64,000 nucleotides of DNA, from positions 22,291 through 86,290 of the forward strand of contig JBHLMP010000001.1 of the NCBI GenBank assembly GCA_048938025.1. Reading direction: 5' to 3'. Positions 41,390 through 50,611 of this stretch are shown here, piece after piece (positions within the stretch are counted from its first letter, which is position 1; every line of letters begins with the position of its first letter). The notes below the pieces were generated by a model that did not search any database, was not told the DNA's origin, and saw only the letters and a program-made list of their open reading frames with translations. The stretch is from Promethearchaeota archaeon. GTDB lineage: Archaea > Asgardarchaeota > Lokiarchaeia > Sigyniarchaeales > SOKP01. A program made the translations under genes and the position numbers.

Positions 41390-42304
41390 GTGTCAAATAA
41401 GCTTAATAGAATCTATATAGGGGCTATTTGCAATCGCGATCTTGAAGTTTTCGAACAGATCAAGAAATTCTTAAGTAAAAATTACAATATCTCAATTGTG
41501 AACCTATATAGAGAAGGCACTGAAGCTTCCATTGCCAAGTATATTAAAAAAAAGCTAAAAAAATACCCTATTTCATTGATCATAATTAAATTGTTATCAG
41601 AGGATTCTAATCAAGTAATATACAATGCACTTGATAAAATTGCTTCAAAGATTCCATTATTAAATAGTCTTAAATCGGTTAAAACTTGTGAAAGTAGAAG
41701 AGAAACATTTAGATTAATTGAGCAAAAATGTAAGAAATTAAAAATTCCACAGCCTTTTCACTCTACTTATGCTGCTTATAAGGCTTGTTCTAATGGGAAA
41801 AAAATAATAATTAAATTAGACACTCATAACATACCCAATTTGCCAAAGAATGATAGAATTATAGGAATTGCTAAAAATGCAAAACAATTCAAAAATTTAA
41901 TAAAAGAACATAAAGAATCTTCGTTATTTTTCCAAGAATATTTAGGTAAACCCGATATAATATACAAGATATATGTTATAGATCGTTGGGCTGTTTCTAT
42001 TACTTCACATAATCGATTACAACTAAATGAAAACTTATCTCCATTAGATTTAATACATATTAGGGTTCCCATTGAAAAACAGCTAAAAAGAAGAATTTTA
42101 AGATTAGGTAGAACCTTACGAATGCCAATTTTTGGTATAGATTATATAATAAATAAAGATGGCGAACCTTATGTTGTAGATATTAATGATTTTCCAAGTT
42201 TTAGGAGCATTCCTGAAGCAGTAAGCTTAATTTCAGATTATATTTATAATATTATAGTTACAAGACCAGAACTGTTAAAAGTTCCGGCAAAAGTGAAGGG
42301 ATAA
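41390..42304 (+). CDS. ATP-grasp protein, ITPK1-like inositol phosphate kinase candidate
   Basis: FQEYL, YKIYVI, IFGIDYI and VDINDFPSF, matching the ITPK1 QEF / KVYVxG / FGxD / IDINxFP motifs. Confidence 0.8.
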   Translation: MSNKLNRIYIGAICNRDLEVFEQIKKFLSKNYNISIVNLYREGTEASIAKYIKKKLKKYPISLIIIKLLSEDSNQVIYNALDKIASKIPLLNSLKSVKTCESRRETFRLIEQKCKKLKIPQPFHSTYAAYKACSNGKKIIIKLDTHNIPNLPKNDRIIGIAKNAKQFKNLIKEHKESSLFFQEYLGKPDIIYKIYVIDRWAVSITSHNRLQLNENLSPLDLIHIRVPIEKQLKRRILRLGRTLRMPIFGIDYIINKDGEPYVVDINDFPSFRSIPEAVSLISDYIYNIIVTRPELLKVPAKVKG

Positions 42305-42348
42305 GATTAGAATTTAAGAATTAGCAAAATTCAAGTTATTTTACTATT

Positions 42349-43443
42349 TTATCGCTCCCTTTTATTTTCAATAAACTCTACTAAGCGTTCTTTAGCGATA
42401 AAATCTTCTAATTGCTCTGGTGGATGCTTCATAAAGAAAGAACAAGCTGTTTCTAACACACCACTAACATTCCTATCTCTGGCAATTTTTGAAATTCTTA
42501 TGCAATCAGCTATGATTCCAGCAGAATTATTTCCATCTTCAACAAACATCGTAAGATCAACTCTCACAGGAGCACCACCAAATATTCGTCCTTCAAGTCT
42601 CATATAAGCTTCTTTTTGATTTTTTAAAAAGGGGATATAATCAACAGCAGATATCTGACATTCAACGGTATCTTTATTTTGGAGCTTTGCTATAACCGCT
42701 TCTGTTTTCGATTCACGTTTTCCTTCTTCATATACTAATTCACCATCTGGTTTATGAGTTAAAAGATTGCAAAAATCACTACAACCACCCCAATCTAATT
42801 GAATAGTACGATCTAATATTGCGCCCCGCATGGGAAAAAGATTTGCTAAAGAACGATGGATGATTGTTGCACCAATTTGAGATTTTACATCATCTCCTAT
42901 TATTGTTAGATTTAAGCTCTCTGCTTTTTTAATTATTTCTGGATCTTTTGCAACATATGAGGGCATACCATTAACTACACATGCCCCTGCTTCAAGAGCT
43001 GACATGGCATAAAATTTAACAGCTTTATGTGCTCCAGTGGGAAGGAGTATAACTGCTATATTAACATCTCGATCTTTCATTTCTCTTACAACATCAACAG
43101 GTTCTTGACTACTGGATACTGGAACAATATTTTTAATATTACTATTTAAACCATCCATTATAGGGCCTTTTAATATTGGAGCCTCCAAGAAATCAGGTTG
43201 ATAAAGTTTCATATTACAATTAGGCTCTGCAAAAATTGCTTCACTCATGTCCTTTCCTACTTTATTTGTATTTACATCAAATCCAAGTACAAAATTAATA
43301 TCATCTATATTGTATTCCTTTATTTCAGGTAATAATCCAATAATTTTGTTAGGATTTTTTTTGTAGTTTTCAGTTCCTTGCACTAACGCACTAGCAACAT
43401 CCCCAAAACCAATGATACATGTATTTATTTTTTTATTCGCCAT
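42349..43443 (-). CDS. ino1: Myo-inositol-1-phosphate synthase
   Basis: GFGDVASALVQG, KVGKDMSEAIF, LPTG, IGDDVKSQIGATIIHR, GGCSDF.NL, EDGNNSAG, FMKHPP. Confidence 0.93.
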   Translation of the reverse strand: MANKKINTCIIGFGDVASALVQGTENYKKNPNKIIGLLPEIKEYNIDDINFVLGFDVNTNKVGKDMSEAIFAEPNCNMKLYQPDFLEAPILKGPIMDGLNSNIKNIVPVSSSQEPVDVVREMKDRDVNIAVILLPTGAHKAVKFYAMSALEAGACVVNGMPSYVAKDPEIIKKAESLNLTIIGDDVKSQIGATIIHRSLANLFPMRGAILDRTIQLDWGGCSDFCNLLTHKPDGELVYEEGKRESKTEAVIAKLQNKDTVECQISAVDYIPFLKNQKEAYMRLEGRIFGGAPVRVDLTMFVEDGNNSAGIIADCIRISKIARDRNVSGVLETACSFFMKHPPEQLEDFIAKERLVEFIENKRER

Positions 43444-43586
43444 GATATTCTTAATATAAAATTATTATATTTAAATCATTTTAAATTGAAGCGATCTCTA
43501 TATATGTTATCAATTGTTGAATGACGTTTACATTTTATCAATTTCAACAATATTTAAGAAGATTCATTACAAATACAATATAAAAA

Positions 43587-44480
43587 ATGGCTAAAAAATT
43601 AATTTTTTCAGCAGTTAAGGATCATGAAGTTATCAAAAAGGTTATTAAGAACTTAAGAAATGATTATGAAATTTCATTAAAGTTCCATGATCCAACAGAA
43701 GACTTTCTTGATTTAGAGAAAATTTCTGATTTATTCGAAGATATTGATTTATTAATTGTAAAAGTAAGAAGTGAATGTTCAATAGATTTACTCCATCTTG
43801 CTAAATTATATCAAATACCTATTTTGCATGATATTGATACTGTTTTGATGTGTAAGAATAAAATTGCTCTTGATTTAGCAATCAGAAAGATTTTAAAAGA
43901 AAATTCAGATGTCTTAAATCACTTTTCAATTCCTAAATCATGGACACATTCCCTTAAAAACATAGATAGATTTAAAGAATGGGCTTTACCAAAATTGCCT
44001 ATTGTTATAAAAAGTCATTATCAACATGATAAATATAATAGATTTAATTTTTTGGTTCAAAAAATTGGAGAAGTTGAAAAATTTTGTGAAAGATATAAAA
44101 TTTTCTTATTTTATGATGTATACATTCAGGAGTTTATTAAATGCGACGGTATGGAATATAAAGTATATGTTATTGGAGATAAAATTTATGGAATTGAAAG
44201 GGAAAATCCATTATATATATATTTGAGAGAAAAGCCAGAGGAAATCGATGTGGAAAAGTTGAAAAGAAAACAATTTAAAATTTCTGATGATATAAGAATT
44301 TTAGCCGAAATCCTTTCAAAAGAATTAAATTTAAAAATTTTTGGATTTGATTTAATTAAGCCAATTAATCTTGAAAAATATTATATTATTGACTTAAATG
44401 ATTTTCCGAGCTTTAAAGGAATTCAGAATGTAGAAAATACTATAGTAGCCTATATTAAAAATTATTTATTCAAGAATTAA
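43587..44480 (+). CDS. ATP-grasp protein, ITPK1-like inositol phosphate kinase candidate
   Basis: LPIVIKS, YIQEFI, YKVYVIG, IFGFDLI, IIDLNDFPSF. Confidence 0.8.
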   Translation: MAKKLIFSAVKDHEVIKKVIKNLRNDYEISLKFHDPTEDFLDLEKISDLFEDIDLLIVKVRSECSIDLLHLAKLYQIPILHDIDTVLMCKNKIALDLAIRKILKENSDVLNHFSIPKSWTHSLKNIDRFKEWALPKLPIVIKSHYQHDKYNRFNFLVQKIGEVEKFCERYKIFLFYDVYIQEFIKCDGMEYKVYVIGDKIYGIERENPLYIYLREKPEEIDVEKLKRKQFKISDDIRILAEILSKELNLKIFGFDLIKPINLEKYYIIDLNDFPSFKGIQNVENTIVAYIKNYLFKN

Positions 44481-45331
44481 GCCATTGAAGTTATTATTAA
44501 AACTGGTAATACTATAGCATAAGTAATTATCCCATACATAACGCAGAAATATCCGAATTGAACCTTTTTTGCTAATTTTAATAAAATTTCAATTGAAATA
44601 TATCCTACGCCAAAACTGACAATTGTGATAACAGCAATAGTTAATAAATCAAGAGTGCCAAATACAGAACCTTCGCCAAAAATAATATCTACACCAATAG
44701 AAGCAAAAACAACAGGAACTGACATTAAAAAGCTTAATTTCAAAGCATTTTCTTGATTATATTTTTCATATATTATCGTTGAGACTGTAACTCCTGAACG
44801 TGAAACCCCAGGTAATATGGAGACTCCTTGAGTTAGACCTGATAAAAAGCTATCTTTTATGATTTGATCTTTTGAAACATCAGTAATAGCATTATCACCA
44901 AAAGTTTTTTTAGCTTTTAATAAAATTACTCCAGTAACAATTAATAAGCCAGAAATTACCAAAGTAATTACATCTCCTTGGAAAGCAGTAAATCTAGCAA
45001 TAATTAAAACTTTTAATAAGAAATAAAGAGGTATTGCGGTAATTGCCGTACCAATTGTAGCATAAATAAGCCAATTTCTTTTCTTTATATCGATATCGTC
45101 TATACCATCAGTTTTAGGCATAAATGATTTAAAAACACTAATAAAATCTGTTCGAAATTTAAATATAACAGCTAAAGTTGTTCCTAGATGTAACCATATG
45201 GCAAGACTAAAGGCTTCTTCGGGAGAAATGTTGAAGAAATTAATAGAAAATATCATAACTTGTCCTGATGATGAGATAGGAAGCCATTCAAATAAGCCCT
45301 GTAAAATTGCGATAATTATATATTCAATCAT
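44477..45331 (-). CDS. uppP: Undecaprenyl/polyprenyl-diphosphate phosphatase (BacA/UppP)
   Basis: QGLFEWLPISSSG, LHLGT, PGVSRSGVT, SFLMSVP. Confidence 0.92.
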   Translation of the reverse strand: MIEYIIIAILQGLFEWLPISSSGQVMIFSINFFNISPEEAFSLAIWLHLGTTLAVIFKFRTDFISVFKSFMPKTDGIDDIDIKKRNWLIYATIGTAITAIPLYFLLKVLIIARFTAFQGDVITLVISGLLIVTGVILLKAKKTFGDNAITDVSKDQIIKDSFLSGLTQGVSILPGVSRSGVTVSTIIYEKYNQENALKLSFLMSVPVVFASIGVDIIFGEGSVFGTLDLLTIAVITIVSFGVGYISIEILLKLAKKVQFGYFCVMYGIITYAIVLPVLIITSMA

Positions 45332-45334
45332 CGT

Positions 45335-45814
45335 TTAAAATGAATATTTGTTTAATCCTTTCAATAAAGAATCAATAATCTCATCACGAGCAATTCTAAA
45401 TCCCTCAATTTCTTTCATTGATGGATCTTCAATATCCCCATTTAACCCCGAGAATTCTTTTAAAGTTAAAATTTCCTTATTACCAGTATCAATAAATTCC
45501 ATAAGCTCTTTTTTATGCTTTTCTGTCAAAGTGAAAATCAAATCTGCATTGATAATTAATTCTGGGTGTTTTTTCAAATCGATTGATATAGAATTATCAG
45601 ACAATTTAATTCCAATCTCCTTCATAACTAATTTTGCATCCATTGATATAAGCATTCCCTCTCTAGCATGAGAAGAAATCCCTCCAGATTTAACCTCAAC
45701 ATCTAAATCATGTTTAGAAAAGAAATTTTTTAAAAACCCTTCAGCCATCCGGCTTCTTGCAGTATTTACACTACAGACAACTAAAATTGATTTATAAGGA
45801 AATTTTATAACCAT
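45335..45814 (-). CDS. Low-molecular-weight protein phosphatase (LMW-PTP/ArsC fold)
   Basis: P-loop CSVNTARS.MAE (Cx5R), ADLIFTL and the acid loop DIEDP. Confidence 0.88.
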   Translation of the reverse strand: MVIKFPYKSILVVCSVNTARSRMAEGFLKNFFSKHDLDVEVKSGGISSHAREGMLISMDAKLVMKEIGIKLSDNSISIDLKKHPELIINADLIFTLTEKHKKELMEFIDTGNKEILTLKEFSGLNGDIEDPSMKEIEGFRIARDEIIDSLLKGLNKYSF

Positions 45815-45854
45815 TATTTAAATTAAAAGATAGATGTAAAAAAATTATTATTAT

Positions 45855-46538
45855 TTAAGAAAAACTCTTCTTATTCACGAATTTTACTCCTTTTTTTTGC
45901 ATACTTTTTAATGAATTTAATATATTCCCTGGGGGGAGATCAACTCCTCTCGTTAAATCCGCTATGAAGTAAACATCATATCCAAAATCTACTCCATCTA
46001 GAGCAGTGAAATAACAACAATAATCTAATGCTAATCCACAGACGAAAATTCTCTTAATATTTAATGATTCTAAATATTTTCTTAATCCAGTTTCAGACTT
46101 TTTATCATTATCCTGAAAACCAGAATAACTATCAACTTTGGGCTTCATCCCTTTTTGGAATATTTTGTTTGCTAAATTTACGTTCAGATTTTTATGAAAT
46201 TCAGCGCCTCTTGTACCTTGAACACAATGATCAGGCCATAAAACAGGTCCTATAGCAGCATCTTCAGAGATATATTCATCACCTGGATTTTTTCCGGGAT
46301 GATTGCTAGCAAATGATAAATGATTTTGAGGATGCCAATCTTGTGTTAATACAATTAATGCTTTATTGTTTTTAAAAATCTCAGCAATTATATTAATATC
46401 CTCAATTATCAAATCTCCTTCCTCAACTGGTAATGAACCCCCTGGAATAAAATCATTTTGCATATCAACTATTATTAATACATCGTTTCCATCAATCTGA
46501 ATGTTTTTTTCAAACTTTAATTTTTCCATAATACACAC
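45855..46538 (-). CDS. pncA: Nicotinamidase/pyrazinamidase
   Basis: VDMQNDFIPGGSL, TQDWHP..H.SFA, WPDHCVQGT.GA, DSYSGF, GLALDYCC. Confidence 0.93.
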   Translation of the reverse strand: MCIMEKLKFEKNIQIDGNDVLIIVDMQNDFIPGGSLPVEEGDLIIEDINIIAEIFKNNKALIVLTQDWHPQNHLSFASNHPGKNPGDEYISEDAAIGPVLWPDHCVQGTRGAEFHKNLNVNLANKIFQKGMKPKVDSYSGFQDNDKKSETGLRKYLESLNIKRIFVCGLALDYCCYFTALDGVDFGYDVYFIADLTRGVDLPPGNILNSLKSMQKKGVKFVNKKSFS

Positions 46539-46556
46539 ACCTTATCAATATAATAA

Positions 46557-47234
46557 TTAAATTTTTTTATATAACAAATAACACGAATTAATTAATAACC
46601 AAAATAAGATACCAAAATGAACTATCCATTCAGTTGTTGGCATAATTGTATATACTGCTCTACCAAAATTATAACACAAGTCAGGATAATAATTACAAAA
46701 ATTAGTTGTAAAAAATGGTATTAGGTAAAAAATAAAAATCCCTGCTACAATATAACTTATAATTGTTTGCATTTTTGAAAAATTTGGATTTTTACTCATC
46801 ATAATACTAAATATAGTTAAGAATATTGATGCTCCCATCCAACTTAGAAGTGCAAATAATCCGTGTAAGGAACTAATAAATTCATTTACTCCTGTGAAGC
46901 TTTCAGTTAGAACAGTAGTTATAGAAGAAAAGATTGACGTATATAAACCAATTTTTATTAAATATCCATTTACATTTTCATTCTTGAGGCATCTCACAAA
47001 ATATATTAGAAAGGGAATTGAAGTAATACCAAAAAGAATTATTCCGATTCTTAAGTAAATTCCTCCTGTTTGGTGACCTAATATACTTATTGATTTCTGC
47101 CAAAAGATATATTCTGGAGATAATAAAAGAGCTAAAATAGTACCAAAAAACCCGAAAATAAATGCTAATATTCCAAAAAAGTATCCCGGTGCATGATTAA
47201 AGAGTTTATCAAAAAAATCATAAACTTTCTTCAT
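46557..47234 (-). CDS. DUF998-like membrane protein
   Basis: About 6 TM; PEY....SISILG, LHG.FA, EW; paralogue of the neighbouring gene. Confidence 0.7.
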   Translation of the reverse strand: MKKVYDFFDKLFNHAPGYFFGILAFIFGFFGTILALLLSPEYIFWQKSISILGHQTGGIYLRIGIILFGITSIPFLIYFVRCLKNENVNGYLIKIGLYTSIFSSITTVLTESFTGVNEFISSLHGLFALLSWMGASIFLTIFSIMMSKNPNFSKMQTIISYIVAGIFIFYLIPFFTTNFCNYYPDLCYNFGRAVYTIMPTTEWIVHFGILFWLLINSCYLLYKKI

Positions 47235-47310
47235 AATTATTCTCCAAGATTTTATAATTTAAAAAAATTTACATAAGAAACTAATAAAATACATAACAAA
47301 ACAATTGAAA

Positions 47311-47961
47311 TTAAATTTTTTTATAAATCATATAAGTCGATATAATAAAATACCAAAGAATAATAGCAAAAGTGTCTATCCACTCTATAGAAGGTAAAAT
47401 TATTACTAGAAAATTTGTTGCCTTAAAAAAATGCAAAATAAAAATGATTAGTAATACTAATAGAAGAAATGATACAATAAACCCTAAATATGCTAAATTC
47501 TTTGAAAATTTTGAATCCTTCATGATTAATAGACTAAAAAGCGAAATGTATAATAATCCAAAAAGCCAACTAATAAACGCAAAAGTACCATGTATTAGCG
47601 CAACTATAGGATTTGAACCACAAAAACCACCTAAAATTACTAAACTCGCACAAGAAACCAGTGCAATAAGTATTGTGTTTTTCCGGAGTTTTTCATTAAT
47701 TCCATCTTCATCAAACGTTCTCCCTAAAGCAATAACAAACAGTATTGCGAATATCCCAGAAAATACTGATCCAATTTGAAAATAAATTCCTCCAGGACCT
47801 TTACATAAATAACTTACCGCTTTTTTCGTAAAATCATAACCCGGAAAAAGTAAAAATGCTATTATATCACCAGTAATTCCAAATATAATTGATAATAGAC
47901 CAAATACCCCTCCTGAAACAGATTGTAGAATTTTATTAATGACTGAATTTAGTCCTTTCAA
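47311..47961 (-). CDS. DUF998-like membrane protein
   Basis: PGYDF...VSYL, IHGTFA, EW; tandem paralogue. Confidence 0.7.
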   Translation of the reverse strand: MKGLNSVINKILQSVSGGVFGLLSIIFGITGDIIAFLLFPGYDFTKKAVSYLCKGPGGIYFQIGSVFSGIFAILFVIALGRTFDEDGINEKLRKNTILIALVSCASLVILGGFCGSNPIVALIHGTFAFISWLFGLLYISLFSLLIMKDSKFSKNLAYLGFIVSFLLLVLLIIFILHFFKATNFLVIILPSIEWIDTFAIILWYFIISTYMIYKKI

Positions 47962-48118
47962 CGTTAATCATTTTGATAAATATTTTAAATATAAAAAACT
48001 AATCGAATCCTTTTCTAGAAAAATGTCAAATTAAACCAGATTAGGGGATCATGCATGAATCCAAAAAGATTAAATTTAACACTCTAATTATATTTATTAA
48101 ACTATTGATACTAAATTT

Positions 48119-48214
48119 GCGCTCGTAGTATAGATTCTGTAAAAAATCAGAAGTATAATGGTAGAATCTCGGATTCCCATTCCGAGGACCCGGGTTCAAT
48201 TCCCGGCGGGCGCA
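48119..48214 (+). tRNA. tRNA-Gly(CCC) with a ~25-nt intron on the 5' side of the D arm
   Basis: GCGCTCG T AGTATA[GATTCTGTAAAAAATCAGAAGTATA]ATGGTAGAAT C TCGGA TTCCCAT TCCGA GGAC CCGGG TTCAATT CCCGG CGGGCGC A; 71 nt after intron removal. Confidence 0.9.
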
Positions 48215-48226
48215 CTTTCAACTATT

Positions 48227-50413
48227 TTACCATGATAATCCTTTTATAAAGCGTAAATTATCAATGATTTTTTTTGCCTTTTGGATAGGTACTTCCATAA
48301 AAGCATAAAATTCATTTTGCCAGAATGCCTTTCCAGAGGTAGTTGATCGTATATCTTCAGCGAATTTTATTGAATTCCTAACAGGAATTAATATCTCGAT
48401 AATAGCTTGATAATCCTTTTCCTGATCTATACTTTTTATTTTAGCAGAAAATTTTGAAAGTAAGGTAGTTACAACTTTAATATAATCTGGAGGAAGTTGG
48501 ATAATAGAATGATATATAGGTTCTAATAGGATTATTTCAGCTTCATTTAAACCATTTTTAATTGCATCGTAGAACATGGCAGATAATTCAGAAAAAGCAT
48601 TTTCTTCACTAGTTTTTTCAATTATTAGATCAGAAATAATAATTTTAGTTTCTGCTAGCTTTTCTCCACATAAGGGACCATATAAGCTTATTTTTTCAAG
48701 GATTTCAAGAATTAGATTTTTGTAAAACTCATTTAATTCAGGTTCACATTGATATATTAAAACGTTCTGGTCATCATCACATTTCCAGAATTGTTTAATC
48801 TCAATATCAGACAAGTTAGTTTTTTCTTTTAAGATTTCTTTTAATTTATTAAAAGGTTTTATTGTTTTATAATCAATATTTTGAAAAAACCTTACTGTTT
48901 TATTATCTAATCTTTCAATTATCAATTCTAAGGAACAATGACCATTAGGAGATATCGCTTTAATTAGAGAGGATTTATATCTACAGGACTCCTTAAAGAC
49001 AGCCCTAGGTTCCGATATTGAAACATTTACACCTCGCTTTTCAATTTCATGAGCACTAACTTCAAGATGTAATGGACCCATTCCAGATAGTAAAAATTCT
49101 CCATTTTCTTCATTAATCTCGAATTTCAAATTAGGATCTTCTATTAGTAAATTTTCAATAAGTATTTTCATCTTGTCTAAATCTCTCAAATACTCAGGTT
49201 CAATGGATACAGTAACAACTGGAGTAGTTACATACTTAACACTCTCAAATGGGACCATATTGTCGGTATAATCACTTTCTATAATAGTTTCACCACTTTT
49301 AATTTTCTTAAGTCCTTCGATAGCAACTATATTTCCAACAGGTATTCTATCTACTTGTTCTCTTCGCTGACCCATAAAGATTGCAATTCTTTGTATTGTT
49401 TCATAGTTATTCTCTCCTAATAAAAAAACTTCATTCTTTTTTACACAATTTCCTGAAAAAATTCTTCCTGTTGCAACTAAACCATGCTTGTCAACCTGAA
49501 CTTTACTTAGACATATAATTAAAGGACCTTCAGGATCACAATTAACCATTTTCTGACCTAACTTGGAATTAATATCACCATCCCAAATTTTAGCAATCCT
49601 ATATTTCTGCGCATCTATAGGATTAGGTAGATGGTCAACAACCATTTCCAATATAGCTTTATGAATTGGAAAATAAATAGCTAAATCTGTATAACTCTCC
49701 TTAGAATATGTATCTTTATTATATCTCTCTCTAATATCTTTAAACTTAATATCACTTTTTTCTAAAATACCTAGGGTAAAACCCCATTTATGAAGAGCTG
49801 AACCAAATGCAACATTTCCAGCTAAAGGAGAAACTTTCCATCTTTTATTATAAGGATGTTCAGCATGTCTTTCAATAAGAATATTAAAACTTTTAATTAT
49901 TCTAATGTATTTTTTTTTAATTTCTTCATCTGAAAGTTTTAACTCTCGAATTAGTCTGTCTACTTTATTGATAAAGAGAACTGGTCTTACTCCTTCTTGT
50001 AATGCTTGTTTAATTACTGTTTCAGATTGGGTAATTATTTCTTCAACAGCATCCACAACTACAATAACTCCATCGATTAACCTTAAAGCACGAGTTACTT
50101 TTCCACTAAAATCTAAATGACCGGGAGTATCTACTAAATTTATCAGGAAAGGTTCATATCCTTCAAGAGATTCATAATACAAGGAAATATTAGCAGATTT
50201 CATTGTGATTCCACGTTTCTGTTCTTCTTCCAAAAAATCTAAGGCTCTAGCTTCACCAGCCAAATCTGGTGATAAGAATCCAGCTTCACTTAGAAGGGAA
50301 TCGGATAATGTAGTTTTACCATGATCTATATGACCAACTAATCCTATATTACGAATATTTTGAGGTCTTTCCATTAAACCCAGAATTTCTACAATCTCCT
50401 TTCGGCGTGGCAT
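48227..50413 (-). CDS. Elongation factor EF-2 paralogue (aEF-2p type, no diphthamide HRG motif)
   Basis: GHIDHGKTT, RGIT, DTPGH, NKVD, GMGPLHLEV, LLEP, IRSTTSGKAFW; the domain IV loop reads IEKTSEENAFSEL instead of HEDAIHRGPAQ. Confidence 0.88.
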   Translation of the reverse strand: MPRRKEIVEILGLMERPQNIRNIGLVGHIDHGKTTLSDSLLSEAGFLSPDLAGEARALDFLEEEQKRGITMKSANISLYYESLEGYEPFLINLVDTPGHLDFSGKVTRALRLIDGVIVVVDAVEEIITQSETVIKQALQEGVRPVLFINKVDRLIRELKLSDEEIKKKYIRIIKSFNILIERHAEHPYNKRWKVSPLAGNVAFGSALHKWGFTLGILEKSDIKFKDIRERYNKDTYSKESYTDLAIYFPIHKAILEMVVDHLPNPIDAQKYRIAKIWDGDINSKLGQKMVNCDPEGPLIICLSKVQVDKHGLVATGRIFSGNCVKKNEVFLLGENNYETIQRIAIFMGQRREQVDRIPVGNIVAIEGLKKIKSGETIIESDYTDNMVPFESVKYVTTPVVTVSIEPEYLRDLDKMKILIENLLIEDPNLKFEINEENGEFLLSGMGPLHLEVSAHEIEKRGVNVSISEPRAVFKESCRYKSSLIKAISPNGHCSLELIIERLDNKTVRFFQNIDYKTIKPFNKLKEILKEKTNLSDIEIKQFWKCDDDQNVLIYQCEPELNEFYKNLILEILEKISLYGPLCGEKLAETKIIISDLIIEKTSEENAFSELSAMFYDAIKNGLNEAEIILLEPIYHSIIQLPPDYIKVVTTLLSKFSAKIKSIDQEKDYQAIIEILIPVRNSIKFAEDIRSTTSGKAFWQNEFYAFMEVPIQKAKKIIDNLRFIKGLSW

Positions 50414-50494
50414 CTTCCATGAATATTTTTCCTATCTTTTATATAGGATTATTATTGATTTGATTAAAATTTTAGTATTATAAATTTAGAATAA

Positions 50495-50592
50495 GGGGAA
50501 ATGACCTCTCATAACTCAAGATCTTCTTCATCTTATTGGTTTTGAAATACCAAAATCAGTTGGGTCAGAGTTTTCAAAAAAGTCATTTCCCT
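50495..50592 (+). ncRNA. Candidate structured non-coding RNA (closing stem plus multibranch core)
   Basis: GGGGAAATGAC/GTCATTTCCCT closing stem; CTCT/AGAG; TAACT/AGTTG; hairpins AAGAT/ATCTT and TGGTTTTG/CAAAATCA; G-U pairs favour the + strand. Confidence 0.45.
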
Positions 50593-50611
50593 AATAATAT
50601 TTAATTCATAG

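Noticed and set aside
39559-44480. RimK/LysX peptide ligase or ATP-grasp RiPP (graspetide) cluster
   Set aside because: No precursor peptide is visible, and the KxYxxG and D(I/L)NxFP motifs plus INO1 adjacency fit ITPK1-like kinases better
48046-48062. Near-palindrome GGATCATGCATGAATCC upstream of tRNA-Gly
   Set aside because: A single short instance with no supporting context
50495-50592. Hammerhead ribozyme or 5S rRNA reading of the three-way-junction element
   Set aside because: It lacks the CUGANGA/GAAA core arrangement and shows no 5S sequence similarity; kept only as an unclassified RNA candidate
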